From Cyanophora paradoxa CCMP329 (Eukaryota > Plantae > Glaucophyta): a stretch of DNA of 64,000 nucleotides. The translations under genes and the position numbers were made by a program. The stretch lies in the NCBI GenBank assembly GCA_004431415.1, contig QPMI01000199.1:1-64000 (forward strand). Reading direction: 5' to 3'. Below the pieces are notes generated by a model that made no database searches, was not told where the DNA came from, and saw only the letters and a list, made by a program, of their open reading frames with translations. Every line of letters begins with the position of its first letter. Within the stretch, counting starts at the first letter, position 1. This document shows positions 1 to 11,878 of the stretch, piece after piece.

Positions 1-595
1 GCGTCATTTACGTCCGCGTCATTTACGTCACGGAGTTTGCCGGCGACTCGGGACTCGGGCCCAACTTCTCCCGGTAAGTTCGAGACTTGGAAAAATAGGG
101 TATCCCTATTACTTATCGTTTTTTTATTACTATTATCGTTATTCACATTGAATGAATGCTTAAATCTATAAAAGCTGTACCAGTATCGTGGCTACTAGTA
201 CTAAGCTAGTAGTACCAAGTAGTACAAGTAGTACCAAGTAGTACTACGTAGTACTAGCGGTACTAGTAGTACTGCGTCGTGACGAACTTACCGGGAGAAG
301 TTGGGCCCGAGTCCCGAGTCGCCGGAAACTCCGTGACGTAAATGACGCTGACGTAAATGACGCGACCCTTCAGGTTAATTTTAAGCGCAAGCTAGCGCTA
401 GCTAGCTAGATATCGATACCACCTAGCTAGTAGCACTAGGACACTAGGACACTAGGACACTAGGACACTAGGACACTAGGACACCGGGGGGTACCCCCGC
501 CGAGTTCAAGTCTCGAACTTACCGGGAGAAGTTGGGCCCGAGTCCCGAGTCGCCGGCAAACTCCGTGACGTAAATGACGCGGACGTAAATGACGC
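1..595. repeat. Three copies of an 81-89 bp unit: 1-89 forward, 283-363 and 507-595 inverted
   Basis: 507-595 is the reverse complement of 1-89, and 283-363 is a near-exact reverse complement of 1-82. Each copy carries tandem GACGTAAATGACG motifs. Confidence 0.95.
434..484 (+). repeat. Tandem 8-mer (CACTAGGA)x6
   Basis: Read directly; lies between the second and third copies of the inverted unit. Confidence 0.95.
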
Positions 596-958
596 AAATC
601 CCATTGGAGCTACGTTCGCAGCCTCCGGATGCAGCGCACAATTTTCCAAGGTACCCAGCAAGCATGGACTTTGCTGACTGCGCAGGTATCAAGCAGGAGC
701 CTGAGGACCTTCTCACCGCCGCCGCCTCGGCGCCCAAGCAGCGCCGCCGCCGCGGGCCCAAGTCCCTCTGCTCCGAGCCCGAGATCCTGGCGGCTCCGGC
801 GCGCGGGCCGGAGACCGTGGACCTGACCTGGAGGAGCCGGCGCGCGGCCGCCGCGCCTGCTGATCCTTGCGGCGGCGGCGGCCGCGCTCTACTACGCCGC
901 CCGGCGCCTGGGCCCGCAGCTCTCGGGCCTGGTCCGGAACCTTTTCTAAGTCTCCTCA

Positions 959-1316
959 ATGGAGGCCCTGCTAGATCTCATGGCCTTTGCGCGCCCATCT
1001 TCTTCCTGGTGGGCCTCAGCCGCATGGAGCGCGAGGCGCGCCAGCCCGAGCGCGTCGAGCGCGCGCCTTTCACCCCCGCAGAGCAGCGCAACTCACGAGT
1101 GGGACCTGGCGCTCATGGCCGCCGCATGCTCGACGGCAACCGGCTCGAGCCGGGCCACCGCCTCAAGCTAGAGGACGGCGGCACGCCCTCTGGGACGGCG
1201 AGGCCTGGAAGCACGATTCGACGGGCGAGCCGATGAAGCTGCTCGCCTCCGGCAACAAGTACTGGCGCGGCGACTCGATGAGTTCCGGCGCCCGTGATTT
1301 CTGGTCCCTCTTCTAG
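959..1316 (+). CDS. Small hypothetical protein, frameshifted
   Basis: Protein-like segments in successive frames (MEALLDLMAF.. / IFFLVGLSRMERE.. / HALWDGEAWKHDSTGEPMKLL..DFWSLF); TTTTCT lies upstream of the ATG. Confidence 0.5.
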
Positions 1317-1322
1317 TAGAGA

Positions 1323-1604
1323 ATGCCCGACCCTCGCCCGACCCGCCGCAGTGCCGAGAGCGCGGGCAGCTCGGACGAGTACTCCGAGCTCACGGATCCC
1401 GACCCCGACGAGCCCGGCGACGCCTTCGCGACGGAGAACGAGCGCTCCCTCATGCGCATCTACGAGGCGCTGCGCGAGGCGATCTACTGGGAGGATCCCC
1501 GCCTGGGAACCCTGATGAACTTTGCAAAGTTCGCCGAGTTCATGTTCGCTATGACCGTGCCCTTCACCCGAGTCGTGCTCTGGGATAGGAACAGGAACTG
1601 GTAA
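1323..1604 (+). CDS. Small acidic hypothetical protein, virus-like
   Basis: Clean 93-aa ORF with an acidic N-half and an amphipathic helix (SLMRIYEALREAIYW...FAKFAEFMF), reminiscent of small NCLDV orphans (by eye only). Confidence 0.65.
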   Translation: MPDPRPTRRSAESAGSSDEYSELTDPDPDEPGDAFATENERSLMRIYEALREAIYWEDPRLGTLMNFAKFAEFMFAMTVPFTRVVLWDRNRNW

Positions 1605-1631
1605 AGGCATTGAATACAACAGTACAGAGCC

Positions 1632-2007
1632 CTACGAGCTAGAGCTGCTATCGCCCGAGTCCAGGCGCGCCTTCTTGGCCTTGGAGCGGCGGAGGCGGGA
1701 GACGTACTGCAGGCGCAGGTTGCGCACTAGGAGCTCGCCGCCGTGGTGCCCGCAGCCCGGGAACCGAGTCCGTGGGCAGCAGCTGTCCCTCGCGTATCGC
1801 CTTGTACGTCTTGCGCTTGTTGAATGCAACCTTCTCCGTATCCTCCGCGACCGGGACCTCCAGCGCCAGCGTGCGCTTGGCCTTCTTCATGGAGACTGCG
1901 TTCGCGCGCTCCAGCTTCACGCCGGGCTCCAGGGGGGTACCGTCCGCTGCGTTCGCCACCGGGTTCTCAGCGAAGGAAACACGGGGGGAAGAGCCGCCGC
2001 GGGGCAT
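1632..2007 (-). CDS. Small basic hypothetical protein, one frameshift
   Basis: ORF 1648-2007 continues into the frame of ORF 1632-1829 (..ELLVRNLRLQYVSRLRRSKAKKARLD); ATTTTCTAAACGCTA lies upstream. Confidence 0.55.
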
Positions 2008-2023
2008 GGTTCGCTCAGTTTAC

Positions 2024-2347
2024 CTAGCGTTTAGAAAATAGCGCGCGAGCCTCGAGCACCAGCAGACCCGCCACAACCGCTGCGGCGATGACAACGGCCA
2101 CCTTGAGCCAGTGCCAGAAGCGCTCGGCCCCGTCCGTCAGCGCGCGGCCCGCCTTGCCCGGTGCGGTGAGCGCGGAGCCCAGGGCGCCCGCCGCAATGTC
2201 GCCCACGCGCCTCCGTCGCCGCGCAGGACGTTCTCTCGGTTCTTCGTCTCCACCGTGGCGCCAATCGCCGCGTTGATCTCGCCGAACTGCAGGCGCGGCT
2301 GCCCTTGGGCCGAAGGTCTTCGTGAGCAGCGCATCGAGCCAGCTCAT
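2024..2347 (-). CDS. Small protein with C-terminal transmembrane helix
   Basis: FWHWLKVAVVIAAAVVAGLLVLEAR hydrophobic stretch near the C-terminus. Confidence 0.65.
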   Translation of the reverse strand: MSWLDALLTKTFGPRAAAPAVRRDQRGDWRHGGDEEPRERPARRRRRVGDIAAGALGSALTAPGKAGRALTDGAERFWHWLKVAVVIAAAVVAGLLVLEARALFSKR

Positions 2348-2383
2348 CCTTGGCCCGCTTCCAACCGGGTTTCGAAAAACTAT

Positions 2384-2859
2384 CTAAATGACCAGGCCGC
2401 GCAGGTACCAGACCATCAGGAGCGAGCCGCCCAGCGCCACCAGCAGCGGCAGGTGCCCGTCCACGGCGCGCCGCATGCGGTTGTCGCACAGCTCCTGGCA
2501 GCTCAGCCGGTTGGCCTCGTCGAAGTAGGCGCTCACGGCGTAGGGCGGCCGGCCGGCGGGTGCAGCCCCGGCCCAGGCACGGGTAGGCCTCCGCCTGGCG
2601 CCGCGCGGCCAGCGCCGCCGTCGCCGCGTGCGCCGCCTCCCTCTGCCCCGGCGCGATCGCCACGAGGGGCAGCGCCCCACGCTCCTGCCCTTGCCCGCCC
2701 CTTGATCGTTTTCAGCGACGGCGGCGCGGGATCCGCCGCCTTCACCCTGGGCCCTCCGCCGCCGCCCCACCCTTAGCCCTCGCCGCCTCGCCGATCTTGC
2801 TGCATCGCGAATCCGATTTGAACACGGTGCACAGCAGCTTCTCTTACCGCGCTCGACAT
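2384..2859 (-). CDS. Small protein with C-terminal transmembrane helix, frameshifted
   Basis: C-terminus PYAVSAYFDEANRLSCQELCD..HLPLLVALGGSLLMVWYLRGLVI; likely ATG at 2859 follows AAATTTTCT. Confidence 0.5.
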
Positions 2860-2953
2860 CTTCGAACGTGTAACGAGAATGAAGAAAATTTAAAAGGGAA
2901 CGCCAACGGACTCGGAACTCGGAAAAGGGGAGGGGAGAATGAACTTTGAAAAG

Positions 2954-3138
2954 TTAGCGCCCGCGGGCGCATGCCGGCCGCGCCTGCGAGGCGCCGCCGG
3001 GGGCGTAGAGGGACTTGGCGGCGTAGCCGAAGCCCACGCCTATGACCGCCGAGGCGTGGGGGTGCCGCCGAGGAGCCAGGTGAGGGTCGCGGCCAGCGCT
3101 CCTAGCGAGTAATGGGCAGGATAAGCTTCGAAGGCCAT
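2954..3138 (-). CDS. Very small hydrophobic protein, frameshifted
   Basis: MAFEAYPAHYSLGALAATLTWLLGG / ASAVIGVGFGYAAKSLY; TTTTTTCTC lies upstream. Confidence 0.45.
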
Positions 3139-3194
3139 CGCGGGACCGAATTGAGGGAGGGTGAGAAAAAATACCGCCTCGGGGCCTCGGGGCC

Positions 3195-6100
3195 TCAGTG
3201 GTGCAGGTGCCGGAAGCGCGCCTGGTCCTCGGCCTCCTCGCGCGCCGCCTGCTCCTCCGCCGCGTCGATCTCCGCCCGCGAGGCCTCCAGCGCCGCGGCC
3301 GACGCGTAGTCCTTGAGCACGGGCACGCGCCGTAGCTGTAGCCGAGCCCTTCGCCAGCCCGCCGACTCCGCCTCGAACGCCCGCCAGCGCTCCGAGGCCT
3401 CCGCCCGGCGATCTGGCCGGCGCGGAAGCCGGAGTCCAGCTCGGCGCGGAAGGCGATGTGGCCTGCAGGCGCTGGGCCCAGAGGCCCTGGCGCCGCTCCT
3501 CCGCCTCGCGCGCCTGGCGCGCCGCCAGCGCCCGCCGCTCGGCCTCCTGCTGGGCCCCGAAGCCCTGGATCGCGGTGAGGACGGCGCCGGGCGGGACGGC
3601 GCCGGGCCGGGACGGGGCTGGGCCGTCGGCGCTCGCGGAGGAGGCCGAGCTCCCGTAGCCGCTCGGCCCGCGCCGCGTTCGTCGGGGTACCCTGCCCTGG
3701 ATCAGGAGGGGGCGAGGGGAGGAGGGGTACAGGGAAGGCGGGGGTACGCGGGCCGGACCTGGCGCGGCAGCATCTCGTCGATGCGCTGCTGGCCGGGGCG
3801 CTGCTGGGGGCCGTGGCGGGGGGCTGGGGCGGGAGGAAGGCCGGCGCCGAGTTGCGGGTGCGCTTGCCCTTGCCCTTGTGTGGGCTGGACGAGGAAGGGC
3901 CCGACGTCGGCCACCGGGTCCTTGAACTGCGCGACGGGATCGCGATCGCCTCCAGCGCCGGCTGGCTCTCGCCGAGGGAGAGCGGGCCTTGGGACGATGC
4001 CGCGGATGTAGGTCTGCCAGACGCCGCCGAGCTTGTAGAGTAGAGGCGGCACGAGGAGCCGAAGCCGGCGAGGGTCTCGTCCTGCCGGCCGTTCTCGATG
4101 TCGGCGCCGACGGCGGCGGCGGTGTCGGGGCCCTCCGTGCGCGCGATGTACTCGACGATGCCCGCGACGCTCGTCATCCAGCCCTCCGTGTTCGGGCGGC
4201 GACGTACGTGGTGGGGTCGACGGCGCAGTGGTGACGATGAAGCGGGTGAGGGGCACTTGGTCGTCTCCTGCCAGAAGCCGAGGCGCTGCGCCCGCAGCCA
4301 CGCCGGCTCGAAGGCCTGGATGCAGGAGGCCTTGCCGTCGGAGAGCGCGTGGATGATCTTCCACGCGAAGGTGAAGGCCGCGACCATGAGCGCCGGCAGC
4401 TCGTTCTCGCGGATGTCGGAGTGGAGGTAGGTGCGCTTCTTGGCCGGCTTGTGGTCGAGGGGGATGAGGACGACGCGGGCGAAGAACTCGAGCATGCGGT
4501 TCTCGAGCTGCGCCGGGGCAGGTGAGAAAGGGCGCCGGGGAGAAGGAGGGGAAGGGGAACGGGCGCACCTGCGGGAAGCTGTTGCAGACGATGACAAGCA
4601 CCTTGCGCGTCGCCTTGGTGCGCACATCGTCGCCGCGGACGTTCTTGAAGTTGCGGGAGTAGGCGTCGCCGGAGCGCATCTTGAGCTCCTCCTCCGAGCA
4701 GGCCCGCGGGTCGAGGCCCTCCGCCATCACCATGCAGATCGCCTCCTCGCCGCGTGCTCCGAGAAGGCCGAGCCCTTGGAGGGGCGGTAGACGCAGACGC
4801 GGCTTGGCGGCAGGCACTCCGTCATGATCTGCGTCACCATCGACTTGCCTGTGCCCGACTGGCCCTTGATGATGCCGCAGTACTGCAGCATGGCGCCCTC
4901 GGACGGCGGCTCCATCTCCGCGCGCGGCTCCCGGTCGAAGACGGGCTTGTCGCAGAAGTTCCACGGCCCGACGAGGTTGAAGGCGTAGAGGACGGCCGCC
5001 GCGTAGCCGAACTCGTCGGCCGTCACGTAGCCGTTGTCCGCCAGGTGCTTGACGACGTTGGGCATGAAGGGTGCAGCATGCCGTACACGGTGGGCCAGTC
5101 GCAGGTCTCGGTCGCCTCCTCGATGCCGCGGGCAGGCGCCCCTGGATGTAGCAGGTGTTCATGTAGCCCGCGTACCGCTCCCGTGCCTCCTCGTGCGTCA
5201 TGACGAGGACGCAGGCGCTGCCCGTGCTGTCCTGCGGCGCCCGCACCACGAAATCTGCGCAAGGGGCGTCGGCGGGGTACGGGCGGGCGCAGGGGTACGG
5301 GCGGCGCACGCGTGTCGCAGGCGAAGGCGAAGCCGGGGATGACGGGCATCTCGGGGCAGACGTCCTCGAGCTGGAGGGACTCCTCCACGAACGTGCGCGT
5401 CCGCCCCGAGAGCACCTCCTTCGAGAAGGTGAACTCGAAGGAGCCGGGTTGGACTCGTAGGTCTTGTGGAAGGTCATCGCCAGCAGCTGGATGACCTCCT
5501 TCATCGTCCCGCGCCCGGCGTGCCTGTTCGCGCTGACCTTGTCGTACACGAAGAGGTTCGGGAGCTCGACGTAGAAGGTGGGCGGGAGTTCGGGCCGTAG
5601 GGTCTCTGGCGCACGATCCGCTGCGCCGGCAAAAGGGGGTTAGCGGGGTTCGAACGCGGGAGGGGGGCGCACCGGCCGAAGGCGGCCCGGGCCAGCGCCT
5701 TAAGCAGCTGGGCCACGGCCGCCTCCGGCCTCTAAGGGGCGGGCGCGCAGCTAAGGGGGCGGGGCGCACGTTGTTCTTGACGAAGAGGCGGAGCGCATCC
5801 TGAATGGCCGCCTCCTTCTTGGACTTGTTGTCCTTGCTGTACGTTGTCACGTCGTCGTACTTGGACATGTCGATCTCGGGCGCCTCGCGCGGCTGCGCCG
5901 CCAGCTCCGCACGCGCCAGCTCCAGCCTGGTGGCGCGCGGCGGCTCGCCGTCGCTCTCCGACGCCTGGCCGTCGTCGTGGTCCGCCTCCGCCTCCGCCCG
6001 CTGATCGCGCAGCAGCTGCCGCTCGCGCTCGCGCCGCTGCTGGGCCCGGCGGGAGAGGCGGCCGGCGCGGGGGCCGGAGGGGGCGGAGGGGCATGTGGCC

Positions 6101-7127
6101 GAGGGAGGAGGCGGGCGTGGCGACGGGCGTGCCCGCGGCGGCGAGGGGATGGGCGGGCGAGGGGGGTACCCTGGACGGAGGGCGGCGGGCGCTGCGAGCG
6201 CTGCGAGCGCTGCGACGGCGGGACGGGGCTGAAGGCCGAGGGGTTGCCGCTCGGGCGCCAGGAGACGTCGGAGGCGGCGGGGCTGGCGGGGGGCACGGGG
6301 GCGGGCGGGCGGCGGGGGAGACGAGGGCGGCCTGGGCCAGCGTCGCCGGGCTCGTCGTCCGAGAACTCCTCCACGGGCGGCGGCGGGGCGTACTCGAGGG
6401 AGGGGGAGGGCGGGAGGGGGTAGAACTCGTCGACGGGGGGCTCGGGCTCGAAGGTGTCCCCCGCCCCCGCCTCCACCGTCGCCGCCAGCTCCGCATCGGG
6501 CTCGCCCTCGTGCTCGCGCTCGCGCTCCAGCTCCATCGCGTACTCCTCCGCCACCTCCAGCTCGCGCGCCGCCTTCGCGTCCGCCGCCGCCGCCAGCGCG
6601 GCCTCCTCCTCCATCTCGCGCTCGGCCTCCAGCTCCTCCTCTGTGGGCAGGGTCATTCCTTTGCGGCGCCGGAACGCCCTAGGCTCAGAATTTTGGGGTG
6701 GGGAGGGCGCACCGGCCGGCTCGGGGCCGGCCGCCTTGGGGGCCGCCGCCTCCATCTCCTCGCCGAGATCGCGCCGCGCCGCCGGGGCACCCGCCTCCTC
6801 CTCCTCGAACCGCAGGTCGATGTAGGCGGCCTTGCCCTTGCCCTTGCCCTTCGCCTGGGCCTGGGCCTGGGCCACGCGCATGGCGCGCGCGAGGCCCTCC
6901 GCCGTGATCGTGCTGCCGCCGGCCCGGGCGCCCGAGGCGGAGGCCGTCGCCTCGCCGATCGCCGCCTGGAAGGCCGCGGCCATCGCCTGGCCGGCGCGCG
7001 GCAGGCTCCGCGCCCGCTCCAGCTCCTCCTCCGTGAAGTCCAGCGCCCGGGCCGCGGCGGCGGCCTCGGCCTCGCGCTCCGCCTCGGAATCCGAGTCGGA
7101 ATCCGAGGACTCCGCGGCCGCGAGCAT
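3195..7127 (-). CDS. D5-like superfamily 3 helicase, multi-exon, with frameshifts
   Basis: Walker A IIKGQSGTGKS (ORF 4727-5065), Walker B-like MVMAE, SGD..SRNFK, motif C KVLVIVCN, and a following RVVLIP segment. GT-AG introns are present (e.g. about 4509-4568), after a long acidic/Pro-rich N-terminal region. Ends approximate. Confidence 0.7.
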
Positions 7128-7129
7128 GG

Positions 7130-8364
7130 GGCGGGGCGGGAGGCGGCGGCGGCGGCGGCGGCGGCCGCCTTGTCGAAGACGGGACGAAGAAGGTGAGGGC
7201 GAGGGTGCGCCGCGGCACCACGTACTTCACGGCGCCGTGGATCATGGGGCGCCCGTGCGAGTCCGGCATCGAGCACCGGCGGATGACCTGCGAGGGGTTT
7301 AAATGGCATCTAAATACTCTAAATAGCATCTAAATAGCATCCAAATAGAAACGGCTGGAAACGGCGCACCTGCACGCGGTCGCCGATGGTGACGCCGGGC
7401 ACCTCGAACTCAGGAACCAGGTCGAAGGCGCAGATGCCCTGGCGCCCGTGGCGGTCCCGGCACGTCCGGCAGGCCGCCTCCAGCACGATGCGGATGGCGT
7501 AGGCGTCGGTGAGGACGCCGGTGTCCGGCCGCTCGCCCCAGACCGCCGAGCTCTCGTGGCGCGTGATGAACGCGCGGCTGTTCCGCATGATGCAGCGCGC
7601 CTCGACGCCCATGATGCCCTTCGCCAGCCTCTGCGGGCCGGCGGGGGTCGGCGGGGAGGGGCACGGGCGGCCGGGGGCGCACCTCGGGCGTGTAGGCCGG
7701 GTCCGAGCTGAGCACCAGCAGCCAGAGCAGGTGCGGGGCCGCCTCCGCCATGCGGTTGAAGTAGAACTCCTCCGGGCCCGCCAGCAGGCCAATCGTGCGC
7801 CACTCGCCCTTGGCGATGTGCCGGGGCACGGCGCCCATGAGCAGCCGCAGGCGCTGCGCCGCGAACAGCCGGCGGGCGTCGGCATCCCGCCCGGGCTTCG
7901 GCTTGCTCGGCGTGTCGAAGTTCTCCTCCGTCATGTTCAGCGCCGCGTGCATCGCCCGCACGTCCGCGTCCTGCGAGCGCGGCGGCGCCTCAGCCGCTGC
8001 GAGCCGGGCGCGCGAGGGAGAAAGAGGCAGCGAGCACCTCCGCGAGCCGCAGCCGCGACAGGACGGAGTCGATGGAGAACTGCACCGACGGGCCGGGGGC
8101 GCCCTCGAGGTTCAAGGTCCGCGCCGCGGCCAGCTTGCGCTTGCGCTCGGCCAGCTCGGTCTTGCGCAGCACATCCTTGCTGTTCGGGCTGAACTGCATG
8201 CCATCCTCCAGCGCACGCGCCTGCGCCTCCTTCGCCTGGTCGCTGATACCGGCCTCGAACACCGTCCAATCGACGCCGAAGCTGTCGCCGACGCAGAGAA
8301 CGTCGTACAGCGTGTTCTTCGCCAGCTTAGCCGGGATCTCCGGAGGGAGCGCGAGCCGAGACAT
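7130..8364 (-). CDS. Multi-exon hypothetical protein with Cys/His cluster; may be the N-terminal part of the helicase gene
   Basis: Exons MSRLALPPEIPAKLAKNTLYDVLCVGD.., RHIAKGEWRTIGLL.., AACRTCRDRHGRQGICAFDLV.., VIRRCSMPDSH.., separated by GT-AG introns (one at 7288-7369). Confidence 0.6.
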
Positions 8365-8680
8365 GCTGCTGCCGCCGATGCTGCCGCCGGTGCTGCGCGC
8401 GCTCTGCTGGGAGTGCTGCGCGCGCTGCGAAGGTTCTGGCGCCAAGTTCCCAGCCGATTTGAACGAGCGGCCTGCATTGCATCGCCGGACTGGGCAGTCA
8501 AAAAAAGCGAGAAACCGACCGGGGTTCGAGCCCAAGGGGGGTACGCATTTTGAGGGGGGGGGGGGGGGGGGGAGAAGCGGGCTTCAAGTCTGAGTCTTCG
8601 CGAGTTGGGGAGGGAACAAGCCAGCGGGGGTACGACGTTGAACGGAATCCGTTGAGACATCGCGGGCAGTAACACTCGCG

Positions 8681-11475
8681 ATGCAGGCGGCGACCTTCCG
8701 CTCCTGCGCGAAGCAGCAGCAGCCCGGCGAGCAGGACAGCATAGCCCGCGATCTCGGCAGCCTGTCGGCGGAGGAGGCGCTCAACGCGATGACCTACGAT
8801 AGCGTGTTCAACTCGGCCGGCGTGCCGCGCTTCGAGCCGTTCGGCGGGCTGAAGAAGATCCAGAACACGGACGGCCACCCGAAGCGCTTGAAGACCAAGG
8901 GCCAGTTCACGCCGGTTAATAAGTTCAACGAGGTTCGCGGTTTCGCCCGCACCGCTTCGGCCCCGGTTCACATGCCCCGGCTCGCGTGCCCCGCGCGCAG
9001 ATCGTGCCTCACAGCATTCACGAGCTGCCGGAGTATGTGAAGGCGAAGTACGGCTTCACGCACGGCGATGTGGCGCTGTTGCTGATGTCCGACAATGCGG
9101 CGGCGGGCTGCTTCAACAGCATCGCGCTCCATCGCGATTTCCATCCGCGCGCGATCTTCTCCGGCACTCCGGAGCAGAAGGAGTTCCTCGCGGACCTCAA
9201 ATCCGGCAGCGGCGGCGCCCACGGGTGAGGCCCTTCCTGCGCTCGCGTGCCCGCGCTTGCTCACGCGTGGGCCGCCGCAGCTCTTGATCGCGCGGGATCA
9301 GTGCCTGGCGTCGGTGACGGAGAAGGAGAAGGCCAGCCCGTCCGGCCTCGGCGTTCGGTGCGATTACGTCATCGTCACCAAGCGCATCAACCCGACGTAC
9401 GCCAAGAAGTACGACCTCAACTTCGTCTACGTGAAGGAGGGGCCGCCGGCCTCGCAGTACACCGTCACCGTCCAGGCCGGCATCTGCGCCGGCGAGACCA
9501 CCAACGGCGCGTACCACGGCGTCGGCACGCTCCCGTCCGGCGGCTTCTTCGACGTCGTTGATCACATGTTCCTCTCCTGCGCCGATGACATTTACGTGCG
9601 CGAGAGCCCGCCCTTTCCCTTTCCCCTGCCCTGCGCGCGCTAAGGTCGCGTCCGCAGGTCGGAGAGAACCCGAGCGCGGAGAGCCCGCTGGGCTACGCGT
9701 ACTGGCTGGTCAGCGTGCAGAAGGTGCTCTCCTGCGCGGCCCTTCTGAAGTACGCCAGCGTCTGCGACTCCGGCATGCGGCCCCAGCTCCAGCTTCTCGT
9801 GGATCAGGGCCGGAGCGACGAGACCCGCCAGCGCCACCGCGATCTCGCGCGGACGGCCGTGCTGAAGCTGGAGGAGGTTCTGCGCGAGGGCCACCCAAAC
9901 GGGCCGGCCCGCGCCCGTGAGATCCTCTCGGCGGCCATCTCCGTGATCGTCGGCGAGCTCTCGCACACGGTCCGCCGCCGCCCGCTTAGCCCGCCTCTCC
10001 TCCTGACCCCGGGCCCTCGGAGCGCAGGAGGAGTCGGACGTTCTCACGGCGCGGGCGGACGAGTTCCAGCGCCAGGCGGAGAAGATCAAGTGCTGGTACG
10101 AGAAGGTGAAGAAGGCGGAGGAGACGGACCTGCGCGACTGGGGCAGCAAGAGCGGCGACGCCGAATTCGACCGCGACAAGCTCAAGCGCGTCTTCTTCTG
10201 GATGCGCATCTGCGCCAAGCTGGAGGCGCTGATGGACGAGTGGCACATCGAGGGCGTCCGTCTGGCGAAGGCGATGATCGCCATGGAGTGGGGCCACGGC
10301 CACCCGGCGCGCAAGGAGTGCAGCATACTGGCCAAGGAGATCGGCCGCCGGGGCCGCTACATCAAGGAGGTGGCCTACGGCATCGAATGTGCGTCCGCCC
10401 CGCCCTTGGCCTGCGCCCCCGCCCTTGGCCTGCGCCCCGCGCTCTCCCCGCTCACCCCCTCTCCCGCAGTTACCATCCCGCTCGTCCAATTCTTCCAGCG
10501 CGAGTTTGTGCTGATCCAGGCCTCCATCATCAAGATCGGGTCGCTCTCCGCCAAGGAGGTGGACGAGGCAAGGGACGAGGGCCAGGCGGAGGCGGAGGCG
10601 CGCTGGGACGATACGGCGTTCAGTGCCGTCTGGGGCGTCGGGGACAACGCGCTCTCGCCCCCCGCCCCGTTCGGCTTCAGCGGGCGCCCGCGCTGGCGTT
10701 CGACGAGCACGGCCTCCCCGAGCTGGCGGAGGCGGACGCCGTCGGCTTCAACTGGGCGACGTTCGAGGCCCGCATCGACGAGAAGGCGAAGGAGGCGCAG
10801 ATGCGGCTGCTGGAGGAGGGCCTCGTCCCGGCGCCGGTGCCCGCGCCCTTCCCCTTCCTCTCCTCCTCGGCCCCTCTCACCGCCTCCTCCAGCCCCGGCG
10901 TCCTCGGCTCCGGCGTCCTTGGCTCCGGCGCCCTCGGCCCCGGCCCTCTGCCCCACCTACGGAGAGAGGTGTGCCCACCGCGCCGATTGCGCCCTCAACG
11001 GCTCCCACCTCCTGCCCGCCAAGAAGGCCCGCCTCGGCCTCTTCTCACCCACCCTCTCAGCCCGGTGAGTGACTCTGAATCGGAGGGCTCGGAGGCCTAT
11101 AGCACGCCCCGCGACCCCGACGCCCCGCCCCACAAGGCCGGCGCCTTCGGCTTCTGTAAGTGACGCCCCCACGCAGGCCCTGCCGACGCCGCCCGTCGCC
11201 AACCGCGAGCCCCTCGTCCAGGTGAGTGCCCGGGCTGCCGCGAGTGGCGGCTCGAGAACTTCTCGGCTCAGGTCCCCGCCACGCAGCAGGCCGGCGCGAT
11301 CCCGGCCTCGCCGCCCGTGACCGTCGACGTCGAGGGCGGTATCTTCGAGATGGAGCTGGAGCCGGCGCCCTCGCAGGCCTTCGCCACCCAGGGCTCGGCC
11401 CCGGGCTCGCCGCCGCCGTCCCAGCCCTCCCTCCCGCTGGTGCACGCAAACTCCAACATCTTCGAGGGCTGCTGA
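8681..11475 (+). CDS. Large multi-exon hypothetical protein
   Basis: ORFs 8681, 8986, 9095, 9715 and 10106 join through short GT..GCAG introns (about 8933-9000, 9226-9280, 9596-9657, 9970-10027, 10389-10469) into one protein-like sequence. The 3' end is uncertain. Confidence 0.7.
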
Positions 11476-11735
11476 GGGCCCTGAAACGGTGAGCGCAGGC
11501 CCGTCCCCTCTCCGAGCAAACCGTCCACAGCGCCATAGTGGACGCCATGTGGGATAACAGGGGCCGCCTCCCCCACCCCTTCCGCTACGTCTCTATGGCC
11601 CTCCGCGGCCTCGCCTTCCCGCCCCCCTGCACCGAGCAGCTCAACCAAATCCTGCGCGGTCTGATTCATTACAGACGCGCCTTCCCGGCCTGGGCCTGAG
11701 CTACACCAAGCTACGGTGAGTCCGACCAAGAGACG

Positions 11736-11785
11736 TGTCCGGACCCTCCCTACTTTCTTTATAGATTATTGGAAAGGTCCGGACA
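11736..11785. terminator. 50-bp hairpin TGTCC..AT-rich loop..GGACA, copy 1; putative 3'-end signal or recombination site
   Basis: GTGTCCGGACC / GGTCCGGACAC arms; lies in a tandem duplication with copy 2 (93-bp period). Confidence 0.5.
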
Positions 11786-11828
11786 CTAGAGGAGGGAGGG
11801 CGTACATAAGTAGTCTGACCAAGAGACG

Positions 11829-11878
11829 TGTCCCGACCCTCCCAGATCTTTAAATTAATATCTGAGAGGGTCGGGACA
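11829..11878. terminator. 50-bp hairpin, copy 2, abutting the YqaJ stop codon
   Basis: TGTCCCGACCCTCCCAGAT / ATCTGAGAGGGTCGGGACA arms. Confidence 0.55.

Noticed and set aside
5732-7329. Long Arg/Pro/Gly/Ala-rich ORFs here and at 23-25 kb and 33-39 kb
   Set aside because: Shadow frames of very GC-rich DNA or repeats; the true frames lie on the other strand or are split by introns.
8515-8540. tRNA-like GGTTCGAGCCC
   Set aside because: No D-arm, anticodon arm or acceptor stem around it.
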